Source: Campylobacterota bacterium
Lineage (GTDB): Bacteria; Campylobacterota; Campylobacteria; Campylobacterales; Sulfurimonadaceae
Assembly: GCA_034717975.1 (NCBI GenBank)
Contig: JAYEMF010000112.1
Coordinates: forward strand, 1-10,406
Reading direction: 5' to 3'
DNA length: 10,406 bases
Shown here: piece after piece, positions 1 through 7,352 of the stretch
Layout of the letters: the number at the start of each line of letters is the position of its first letter
Numbering within the stretch: position 1 is the first letter of the stretch
Translations under genes and position numbers: made by a program
The notes under the pieces: generated by a model
The model's database searches: none
What the model saw: only the letters and a program-made list of their open reading frames with translations
Told to the model about the DNA's origin: nothing

Positions 1-192
1 ATCGATGAAGCGATCATAGAGAAGATCTTTGATCCCTACTTCTCCACCAGAGATGTAGCGAGCGGTATGGGGCTGGGTCTGTATATGTCAAAGACCATTG
101 TCGAGAAACATCTGCACGGTACGATCACCGTAGAAAACATTAAAGATGGTGTCTGCTTTACTGTGATACTTCCGTCGGCATCAGGGGAGTAG
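1..192 (+). CDS. Sensor histidine kinase, C-terminal HATPase_c fragment (5' truncated by window edge)
   Basis: Not in the ORF track. Frame 1 read by hand gives IDEAIIEKIFDPYFSTRDVASGMGLGLYMSKTIVEKHLHGTITVENIKDGVCFTVILPSASGE*, with the F box (IFDPYFST) and G2 box (GMGLGL); TAG at 190-192. Confidence 0.95.
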   Translation: MDEAIIEKIFDPYFSTRDVASGMGLGLYMSKTIVEKHLHGTITVENIKDGVCFTVILPSASGE

Positions 193-1062
193 ATTGCTCC
201 TGCCATAGAGAGCGGCACGCTTGAGAATCGATTCGGCCCATGGATGCTGGGTTGTTCTCTCGGCCATTTCACCATTTTGTGCAAAGACGGCATCTCCGGA
301 TGAGATGATCTCTCTGGCAGCTTCATACTCATTTGACGAAACGGCATAGACTTTCTCCAGCAGATCAATCTGATCGGGGTGGATAATCGTCTTGCTGATC
401 ATGCCTTCTTGCAGATCCCGTTTGACATCATTTATGAAGCCTTCATGATCCTTATAGCAACGATAGACCGGTGCAGACAGTGCAAAGCCGTAAGGTTTGA
501 AGGTTGTCAACAGATTACCGATCACCTGAGAAGGTGCGGCCATATCGTAAAGAGAAGTAGCGCACTCACGGCGCAGTCCAAGCTGGCGGAACATATCTTC
601 AGCACCAAAACGAATGACGGGTATGCGTGAATTATACGGAAGCAACCAGTCACGGAGTACTCCTAATGATACTGCATCAAACAGTTCCTTCCCTTCGATA
701 GAGGGCATAAAGCAGTGTTGTGAATTTTTCATAAGAGAGAGATAAGCCTCTGCACTCTCCAGACCGAACTTTGGGAAGATGAAACCATTGATCTTCCCGA
801 TGCTCTCAAAACCCAGAATCTGACGTAGTACCTCAACATTTCTTGGACGGATAAAACGTAAGAGAGAAGCTGAGCGCAAGGCAGGTAAAAGTGCTGCTAT
901 GCGATTCATTCCCTCCTGGAGTTCATCCTCTGTGATTCCATCTTCCAGGTCCATGACTACAGAACGAAGAGTGGGGAACTTTTCGCCATGGGCAATGGCT
1001 TCAAGATACTTATGTGTTGCAGGAACAAAGAGAGTCCCGCCAAGTTCTAATGCGTTTATCAT
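181..1062 (-). CDS. HpcH/HpaI aldolase / citrate lyase beta (CitE)-like C-C bond lyase
   Basis: 293 aa; motifs LGGTLFVPA, MDLEDG, FIRPR, FPKF, SIE, RFGAEDM and KTIIHPDQ are typical of the CitE-like TIM-barrel lyases, in the subtype found in Ter stress-response loci. Confidence 0.88.
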   Translation of the reverse strand: MINALELGGTLFVPATHKYLEAIAHGEKFPTLRSVVMDLEDGITEDELQEGMNRIAALLPALRSASLLRFIRPRNVEVLRQILGFESIGKINGFIFPKFGLESAEAYLSLMKNSQHCFMPSIEGKELFDAVSLGVLRDWLLPYNSRIPVIRFGAEDMFRQLGLRRECATSLYDMAAPSQVIGNLLTTFKPYGFALSAPVYRCYKDHEGFINDVKRDLQEGMISKTIIHPDQIDLLEKVYAVSSNEYEAAREIISSGDAVFAQNGEMAERTTQHPWAESILKRAALYGRSNLLP

Positions 1063-1074
1063 AAATAACTCTAT

Positions 1075-1305
1075 TTACTGCTGATGTGATCCATCGCAAT
1101 AAGGCTTTCGACCTGACCGGCCACACCGGCAGATCCAGGCATCAGTATCGGCTTCGGGCGTAAACTTGATGGGATTGAAGTCTGTCCCCCGATGGGTTCC
1201 GTCACAGAAGGGAAATTTCTCCGACTCGCCGCAGGTACAGTAAGCGGTTTTGACACCGCCTTTGAGCGAAGCCTTCAGAGGTTCATTTTTAAAATGTGTC
1301 GCCAT
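1075..1305 (-). CDS. CDGSH iron-sulfur domain protein with two CDGSH motifs (MiNT/CISD3-like)
   Basis: 76 aa; CTCGESEKFPFCDGTH and CRCGRSGRKPYCDGSH both match C-x-C-x2-S-x3-P-x-C-D-G-(S/T)-H; AGGAG SD upstream of the ATG. Confidence 0.95.
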   Translation of the reverse strand: MATHFKNEPLKASLKGGVKTAYCTCGESEKFPFCDGTHRGTDFNPIKFTPEADTDAWICRCGRSGRKPYCDGSHQQ

Positions 1306-1314
1306 ATAAAACTC

Positions 1315-2208
1315 CTAAATTGGATTTCCCTGCTCACGCTGATTTTTACAATACTGTTTTGCCTGCTGCAGACGCTCTCTATGATCAACGTCGGCAACCA
1401 TATCGGAGTTGACATTGCGAATATAGTACTCAACATATTTACACAGATCAAGCTCACCAACGATATTTGCCTCTTTTTTAAATTTTTTGATCAAGGCAGA
1501 TTTATCGGATGCGGCAAAGAGCGACTGGTTGAACTCGTAGCCAAAATAGTTCAATGACGCTTTGTATTGGTAACCAAGCTTATCGGTGACCTCTTTAAAA
1601 AAGGCCATAAACTCCTCTTTATGCTTCTCTTCAAACGCTTTCAAAATCTCTTCAAGTCCATCTAGGTCCCTACGATGTTCTCCCAGGGCATGAAGGGTGT
1701 CAACATGCTCTTTACGCACCGACTTCAAACGTGTCTCCAGCTTTGCGAGACGCTCTTTATCACTTTTTGGTATCTTCAAAAATGTTTTTTCAAGGCTTTC
1801 GCGCAGGCTGAAAAGATTTTTTTCAGTAGTTACCATCACCTGAAGCATAGCTTTCAGACCCTCTTGGCGTTTAACTTCCTCTCTATAGGCATCCTGTGCG
1901 GAAAGAAAATCTTTTTCATACGATTTAAGGGCATATTTGCTCTTTTTCTGAAATTCTCTGAATCGATCGTCAAGAAGCTGAATCGTTTGATACTGTCCAA
2001 GAAGCTGTTTATTATAGATCCCGAGATCGATCTCTTTGAACATGCCCGCAGCCGAATTGATAAACTCGCGAAATACCGAATACTTGAAACTCTCGTCAAA
2101 ATCAAATGAGATGGCCATAAAGTACTTCTTGACCAACTGAATATCATCTTTAAAGATTGCCATAATGACATTTTTCTGCGAAACGGAAAGTGGGATCATT
2201 CTATTCAC
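1315..2208 (-). CDS. Hypothetical protein with long central coiled coil
   Basis: 297 aa ORF, E/K/L-rich heptad-like centre, no recognisable catalytic motif; co-oriented 9 bp upstream of the CDGSH gene. Confidence 0.8.
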   Translation of the reverse strand: MNRMIPLSVSQKNVIMAIFKDDIQLVKKYFMAISFDFDESFKYSVFREFINSAAGMFKEIDLGIYNKQLLGQYQTIQLLDDRFREFQKKSKYALKSYEKDFLSAQDAYREEVKRQEGLKAMLQVMVTTEKNLFSLRESLEKTFLKIPKSDKERLAKLETRLKSVRKEHVDTLHALGEHRRDLDGLEEILKAFEEKHKEEFMAFFKEVTDKLGYQYKASLNYFGYEFNQSLFAASDKSALIKKFKKEANIVGELDLCKYVEYYIRNVNSDMVADVDHRERLQQAKQYCKNQREQGNPI

Positions 2209-2298
2209 TTATATTCAAAAATTTAAAATCACAAGTACATTACCAGATTATGGAAGATATAATATCACATCAAATGTAATATCCAAGTCACAAAAGTA

Positions 2299-2306
2299 AT
2301 TATAAT
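2299..2306. promoter_or_regulatory. Candidate housekeeping sigma -10 box in divergent intergenic region
   Basis: Palindrome ATTATAAT gives TATAAT on + (2301-2306) and - (2304-2299) in the AT-rich gap between divergent genes; a second + strand TATAAT lies at 2258-2263. Confidence 0.45.
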
Positions 2307-2349
2307 GCATGTTCTGTGCCATTGGTTAGCATAGACGAAAGACGAAGTT

Positions 2350-2961
2350 GTGCCCAGAATAGACAATGAGACATTTTACCGCGCCGCGTTATCAAAACAT
2401 GGTGACAATGCCCGCGGTGTGCACTGGAATTCAGCCGATTCGCAGCGTAAGCGTTTCAAAATCCTTTCCGGCTTTTTACCTGATGAGCTTTCCAAAATCT
2501 CACTTGCCGATGCCGGATGCGGTTTTGGAGATCTCTACCTCTATCTACAGGAGAAGAACCATCTGCCAGAGTCCTATATCGGGCTTGAGGTGATGGAGCC
2601 TATGGTTAAGAGAGCCCGTGAACGGACCGACTGCGAGATCCGACAGTGTGACATTCTTCACGATCCGCTGCCCGAAACCGACTTTTACCTCTGCAGCGGC
2701 GCGATGAACATCCTTACCCGCTTTGAGACCCATCTATTTATAAGGCGCTGTTTCGAAGCCTCCAGAAAAGGGTTTATCTTTAACCTTTTAAGCGGCAAAG
2801 ACGACTCACTGGTCTACAACTACTTCCTGCCCAAAGAGATCAAACAGCTCGGCCGAGAGCTTGGTGCCAGAGTAAAGATCCAAGAAGGCTACCTTCCCCG
2901 TGATTTTACCGTCGCGTTTTTTAAAGGGAAGAGGGAAGAGGGAGGGGGAAAGAGGTTATGA
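2350..2961 (+). CDS. Class I SAM-dependent methyltransferase
   Basis: 203 aa, GTG start; motif I LADAGCGFGD, acidic post-I (YIGLEV), CDIL and DFYLCSGAMN; N-terminal GVHWNS-x2-SQ-x2-RF is typical of a subfamily often found in glycan loci. Confidence 0.9.
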   Translation: MPRIDNETFYRAALSKHGDNARGVHWNSADSQRKRFKILSGFLPDELSKISLADAGCGFGDLYLYLQEKNHLPESYIGLEVMEPMVKRARERTDCEIRQCDILHDPLPETDFYLCSGAMNILTRFETHLFIRRCFEASRKGFIFNLLSGKDDSLVYNYFLPKEIKQLGRELGARVKIQEGYLPRDFTVAFFKGKREEGGGKRL

Positions 2962-3028
2962 GAAAACAAAATATAATTTCCCTCTACCTTACATCTCCCC
3001 TTCCCCCTTTCCCCTTCCCGCTTCCCCG
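2923..3028. repeat. Inverted heptamer tandem repeats (polypurine arm / polypyrimidine arm)
   Basis: 2926-2953 GGGAAGA GGGAAGA GGGAGGG GGAAAGA within 33 consecutive purines (2923-2955); AT-rich spacer; 2997-3027 CCCCTTC CCCCTTT CCCCTTC CCGCTTC CCC. Arms are imperfectly complementary. Confidence 0.8.
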
Positions 3029-3043
3029 TCGAAGGCACCCCTG

Positions 3044-4846
3044 ATGTGTGCTGTCTTTGGAATCCTCGGCGAGTACAATCCTCTGCAGGCACGTTCAGCC
3101 CTCGATAAAATGGTACACAGGGGGCCGGATTACTGCGGGATTGTTGAAAAGCCGCAGCTCTTGTTTGCCCATAACCGTCTGAGTATTCTGGACCTCGGCC
3201 AAAGAGCCCATCAGCCGATGCAATATAAGGAGATTCTTGTCAGTTTCAACGGCGAGATTTACAACCATGATGCACTTCGCCGTGAACTTGATTTCCCTTA
3301 CGAGACACAGAGCGATACCGAAGTGATCATCGCCGCCTACGAAAAGTGGGGAGTGAATTTTGTTCAGCATCTTGTCGGTATGTTTGCCATCGCCCTGCTC
3401 GATGGCGAGACACTCTACCTTTTCCGTGACCGTCTTGGCAAAAAACCGCTCTTTTACCGGCATGACAGCCGGCAGTTCATCTTCGCCTCTGAACTCAAAG
3501 GGATTACGCCGTTTCTATCTACCGTTGCGATGAACGATGAAGCGATGATCAGTTACCTCAGCTTCCTGGCACCGACTCCGCCGCACACCTTCTTCAAAGG
3601 GATCCGGAAACTGGCCGCCGGAGAGATGCTAACATACACTAACAATCGTGTTAGTACCCGGCGTTATTATGATCTGTTAGAGACAACGCCATCAACGATC
3701 ACAACTGAAAGTGAAGCCGTTGAAAAGATCGAACTACAGCTTGAACGGGCTATAACCAGCCGTTTGCAAGCCGATGTCCCGATGGCATCTCTGCTCTCCG
3801 GGGGAATCGACAGTGCACTGCTGGCAGCCTGTGCCAAAGAGCATCACACCGACCTGAGCACCTTCACCCTTGGCTACAGCGAATACCGGAACTATGATGA
3901 ACGGGCCAATGCCAAAGCAACTGCCGATGCGCTTGGTCTGAAGAACATTGCCGTTGAGATTGATCAGAATGACTTTATCTCCGCCTCGGAACGGGTCTTC
4001 GAGAGTATGGATGAACCCCTTAACGATCCTGCGGCCGTACCGCTCTATCTTCTTTTTGATGCCATTGGCAAAGAGGGATACAAAGTGGTGTTGAGCGGGG
4101 AAGGGAGCGATGAACTCTTTTTGGGGTACCGGCAATATTTTGAGTACCTCGACATCGAAAAAGCAGCCGATCTTCACCATAAAAACTGGCTCAAGAAGTA
4201 CTTCCGTGCGAACTTCTCGATGAACCGCGAATGGGAGTGGTACAAGCGCATCTTCGATGACACCCTCCTCTTTCGCACCTCCGGGGAGAAGTTCACTGAC
4301 CTGCAGAAGAACTCGCTGCTGCGGCGAAACATTAAAGACAATGACGCCATGCGTTACCTCAAACCCTACCGGGAGCGGTTTGAAGCATCCGGCCATCAAG
4401 ACCCTGGCATCTGGTACAGCTACATCGATCTCAATCTCTTTCAGGCAGAGCACTTTCTAAGCAAACTCGACCGTGTCTCGATGGCCCATAGCATCGAGTC
4501 GCGAACCCCCTACCTCGACCATACCCTGGCCGAAACCGTTTTCTCCGTCACACCGTCACTCCGCTATCAGGAGGGTGTCACCAAAGCCCTGCTCAAAAAG
4601 ATCGCGGCCAAACATCTTCCAGACGAAGTGATCAAACGAAAGAAGAAAGGATTCTCCAATCCCTATATGGAATGGCTTATCGCATCAGGGAAGATAGACC
4701 TGATCCAAAGCGTCAATGAAGAGACAGGACTCTTTAACGCAGAAGTTTTGGAAAAATACCTTGAGATGGCCAGACGCGGACGTTTCAAACAGCATGTATG
4801 GGGTCTCTACGTACTCTCCTGGTGGATCAAAAAGTGGTTGCTGTAA
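3044..4846 (+). CDS. asnB: Asparagine synthase (glutamine-hydrolysing) family amidotransferase
   Basis: 600 aa from ATG 3044 (MCAVFG, N-terminal nucleophile Cys of a class II GATase); HRGPD, HNRLSILD, FNGEIYN, SDTEV, RDRLGKKPLFY, LLSGGIDS, VVLSGEGSDELFLGY, KLDRVSMAHSIESRTPYLD, RKKKGF; GAAGG SD at 3031-3035. Confidence 0.95.
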   Translation: MCAVFGILGEYNPLQARSALDKMVHRGPDYCGIVEKPQLLFAHNRLSILDLGQRAHQPMQYKEILVSFNGEIYNHDALRRELDFPYETQSDTEVIIAAYEKWGVNFVQHLVGMFAIALLDGETLYLFRDRLGKKPLFYRHDSRQFIFASELKGITPFLSTVAMNDEAMISYLSFLAPTPPHTFFKGIRKLAAGEMLTYTNNRVSTRRYYDLLETTPSTITTESEAVEKIELQLERAITSRLQADVPMASLLSGGIDSALLAACAKEHHTDLSTFTLGYSEYRNYDERANAKATADALGLKNIAVEIDQNDFISASERVFESMDEPLNDPAAVPLYLLFDAIGKEGYKVVLSGEGSDELFLGYRQYFEYLDIEKAADLHHKNWLKKYFRANFSMNREWEWYKRIFDDTLLFRTSGEKFTDLQKNSLLRRNIKDNDAMRYLKPYRERFEASGHQDPGIWYSYIDLNLFQAEHFLSKLDRVSMAHSIESRTPYLDHTLAETVFSVTPSLRYQEGVTKALLKKIAAKHLPDEVIKRKKKGFSNPYMEWLIASGKIDLIQSVNEETGLFNAEVLEKYLEMARRGRFKQHVWGLYVLSWWIKKWLL

Positions 4847-4857
4847 GGTATATAACG

Positions 4858-6105
4858 ATGAAAACGGAGATTGTTAAACCATCAATTTTACAACGGTTTT
4901 TTCTTCCGTTTGTCTGCTTGCTCTCCATATCCTCCGCCAATATTTTGCAAGAGAGCATTGACAATGCTCCGGCAGGCTCAACATTAACCCTCTCTGCCGG
5001 TATCTACCCGGGAAAGATCACGATCGACAAGCCCCTATCCATCATAGGAAAAGAGGACGGTGTCATCATCAAAGGGGATGGCAGAGGCAGGGTTTTCACC
5101 ATTAACAGCTCCGATGTTATTTTAAAAAATCTCACTATTACCGGCAGCGGAAGCCGCATGGAAAATCTCGACGCCGCTATTGCTATGGAGAGGGTAAAAA
5201 GGTGTGAAATAAGCGGCTGCAGACTGCTGGAGAGCCTTTATGGCATCGATATGAAGATGGTAAGCGACTCGGTGGTCTCCGACAATTACATCACCTCTCA
5301 AAAGAACAACATCGACCACAGAGGCGATGCACTGAAGATCTGGTACGGCAACAACAATCTCATCAGAAACAATACTATCGACAGTTCCAGAGATATCACA
5401 CTGACCTACTCCCATAACAACAGAATAATAAACAACCATGTTACAGACAGCCGCTATGGCGTTCATATCAGTATGAGCCACAGCAATACCGTACAGGGCA
5501 ACACTTACCGTTACAATGCAGTCGGGGTTATGGTGATGGGAGCCAAAGAGACTGCCATAACGAACAACATCATAGAGAGTTCCAAGGGGGCGGCCGGCAT
5601 AGGAGTAGTGATGAAAGGTGTCTCAAATCTGCGGCTGCACAACAACAAAATAAGCTTCAATGCCAAAGGGCTCTACATCGAGACGAAGTACTCCGAAGAG
5701 CAGATGCAGCGCTACATCACCCATAACGAGATCTCCTACAATAGCGAAGCGATCCATTTTCATGCGGCAATACAGAACAATACTATTACAAACAATAAAT
5801 TCTTTGGAAATATCGATGATGCCGTTAAAGATTCAAGAAAAAATGCTACCAGTTCAAACATTATAGAGCATAACTATTGGGATCGATATGCAGGCTTTGA
5901 TGCCAACCGTGACAACATCGGAGATACCCCGCACCAGATACTCCAGTATTCCGACAGGCTCTGGCAGTACAACAATAAAGTGAAGTTTTTTTATGCCAGT
6001 CCGGTCCTGTCACTGCTGGACTTTTTGGCCTCGATAGCCCCCTTTATCGAACCCGTGTTAATTATTGAAGATACAAAACCTATTGTTAAATACCCTCTAC
6101 CTTAA
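4858..6105 (+). CDS. nosD: NosD-family periplasmic right-handed beta-helix protein (orphan paralogue)
   Basis: 415 aa from ATG 4858 (TAAGG SD at 4844-4848); signal-peptide-like N-terminus, GIYPGKITIDKPLSIIG, RGDALKIWY, Asn-ladder repeats, NYWDRYAGFDANRDNIGDTP and C-terminal SPVLSLLDFL amphipathic helix characteristic of NosD. Confidence 0.85.
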   Translation: MKTEIVKPSILQRFFLPFVCLLSISSANILQESIDNAPAGSTLTLSAGIYPGKITIDKPLSIIGKEDGVIIKGDGRGRVFTINSSDVILKNLTITGSGSRMENLDAAIAMERVKRCEISGCRLLESLYGIDMKMVSDSVVSDNYITSQKNNIDHRGDALKIWYGNNNLIRNNTIDSSRDITLTYSHNNRIINNHVTDSRYGVHISMSHSNTVQGNTYRYNAVGVMVMGAKETAITNNIIESSKGAAGIGVVMKGVSNLRLHNNKISFNAKGLYIETKYSEEQMQRYITHNEISYNSEAIHFHAAIQNNTITNNKFFGNIDDAVKDSRKNATSSNIIEHNYWDRYAGFDANRDNIGDTPHQILQYSDRLWQYNNKVKFFYASPVLSLLDFLASIAPFIEPVLIIEDTKPIVKYPLP

Positions 6106-6590
6106 GCACCCAACATCACCAGTTCCAGCGTACCGCTGACATAGTTTGCTAAAAAGGCAAGCGTCTTCTCATCCTCGGCAGTGAAGTCGCCATCGACTTT
6201 ATTGAGCATCTGGATAACACCGATCACGTCACGTTTGGAGTCAAAGATCGGCATCGTGAGGATATTACGCGTGACAAAGCCGCTCTTCTCATCGATTTTT
6301 CCTAAAAAACGGCTGTCTTCGTACGGGTCATTGACGATCTGGGCCGTCTGTTTCCGGTAAGTATCGCCGGCGACCCCGGCATCGAGTCCGATCGCAATAC
6401 GGCCGATCCCGTCACTGTGTTTCGTCCAGAGCATCATCGCTTCAAGATCGACCATAAAAATGGAGCAGCGTTCCGCATCGACAAGCACTTTTGCCTCTTC
6501 GGAGATAACCTCCAGTGCATCTTCGATCTCTGTTTCCGCCATCAGTTTGCGTCCAAACTCAGCTATTTTGCTATACATCTCCTGACTCAT
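6102..6590 (-). CDS. Stand-alone GAF domain protein (PDE/CyaB-like cNMP-binding type), copy 2
   Basis: 162 aa; AERCSIF, GVAG, DPYEDSRF, DEKSGFVTRNILTMPI, GVIQMLNK-x4-F-x3-DE (NKFDE motif). ATG 6590 preferred to TTG 6593 because GGAG lies 7 nt upstream. Confidence 0.92.
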   Translation of the reverse strand: MSQEMYSKIAEFGRKLMAETEIEDALEVISEEAKVLVDAERCSIFMVDLEAMMLWTKHSDGIGRIAIGLDAGVAGDTYRKQTAQIVNDPYEDSRFLGKIDEKSGFVTRNILTMPIFDSKRDVIGVIQMLNKVDGDFTAEDEKTLAFLANYVSGTLELVMLGA

Positions 6591-6594
6591 CAAG

Positions 6595-7002
6595 CTACTC
6601 CAGTACCGCTTCGTCCATTAGAACATTAGTAATATCACTCATCGTCACCAAACCGACCAATTCACCCTCCCAGGTCACCGAGAGACGGGTTACTTTATGA
6701 CGTACCATCAACCGTGCCGCATAGCGAATATCGAGCGGGCTGACCACCTGGATCATCGGTTTAGTGGCGATATCATAGACATTGATCAGGTCCATATCAC
6801 CCTCTTGCGTATAGATGGCATCCAGAATATCCGAATAGGTGACGATCCCATACGCATCGTGCGAACCCATACGATCAACGATAACCGACTTAACACTGTG
6901 TTTTTTCATCAATTTAAGCAGCTCCCGCAGTCTGGCATAGGGCGAGATTTTCACAATCTTCTCAATAGGTGTCATAACCTCTTTGACTAGGTGCTGTTTC
7001 AT
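6595..7002 (-). CDS. Stand-alone CBS-pair (Bateman) protein
   Basis: 135 aa; VKEVMT, GIVTYSDI, VYDIATKP, GELVGLVTMSDI; AAGGAG SD; ATGA overlap with the upstream gene. Confidence 0.92.
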   Translation of the reverse strand: MKQHLVKEVMTPIEKIVKISPYARLRELLKLMKKHSVKSVIVDRMGSHDAYGIVTYSDILDAIYTQEGDMDLINVYDIATKPMIQVVSPLDIRYAARLMVRHKVTRLSVTWEGELVGLVTMSDITNVLMDEAVLE

Positions 7003-7352
7003 ACTATATTCTCCTTTTTGAGTTGCTGCTGGAACTGCTCGATCTGCTTGCCTGTGATCCCTGCAAGATGTTCGACGGGAAGTGTCAGTACAATTCCCTC
7101 ACCCAACTCTTCAAGCTTGAGTTCACGGTTGAGCGCCTTCATCACTTTCAAGGATGTTGACTTCTCCAGGACGAAAAGCAAGACTGATTCTGCACGCTCA
7201 TAGGTCAAGCCGAAAAACGTCTTCTGCTCATTCAGGCCAAGCCCCGTACCGTTGAGGTGGGTCACACCTCCGGCCCCATTTTCTTTGGCGATATCGATCG
7301 CATGATCCGCCTTCGTCTTATCGACTATAGCTATCAGTAGCGAAAACTTCAT
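6999..7352 (-). CDS. PII-like (GlnB superfamily) signal transduction protein, non-canonical
   Basis: 117 aa; LLIAIV...GAGGVT-x3-GTG and B-loop-like [10 protein letters not shown]; lacks the YRGAEY T-loop and C-terminal RxR of GlnB/GlnK; AAGGAG SD; ATGA overlap with the DUF1538 gene. Confidence 0.85.
   Translation of the reverse strand: MKFSLLIAIVDKTKADHAIDIAKENGAGGVTHLNGTGLGLNEQKTFFGLTYERAESVLLFVLEKSTSLKVMKALNRELKLEELGEGIVLTLPVEHLAGITGKQIEQFQQQLKKENIV

Noticed and set aside
2900..3043. 48-aa N-terminal extension of AsnB in the ORF track
   Set aside because: Class II GATases need Cys at the mature N-terminus (ATG 3044); the extension is just translation of the heptamer repeat region.
3734..4453. 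239-aa antisense ORF and other shadow ORFs (e.g. 36-368, 1192-1557, 1675-2109, 7838-8158, 8885-9256)
   Set aside because: Lie antisense or out of frame to well-supported genes and show no recognisable motifs.
3044..4846. AsnB as a lasso peptide cyclase / RiPP cluster
   Set aside because: Intact glutaminase domain with catalytic Cys; no B1/B2 protein or precursor peptide nearby.
4798..4857. 20-aa N-terminal extension of the NosD-like ORF
   Set aside because: Overlaps the asnB 3' end; ATG 4858 has an SD and begins a signal-peptide-like sequence.
6595..7352. DarA/DarB c-di-AMP receptor pair
   Set aside because: Same folds, but the PII-like protein lacks the DarA TKL-x3-GGFL and GNTT motifs, and no diadenylate cyclase is visible; the ligand cannot be assigned.
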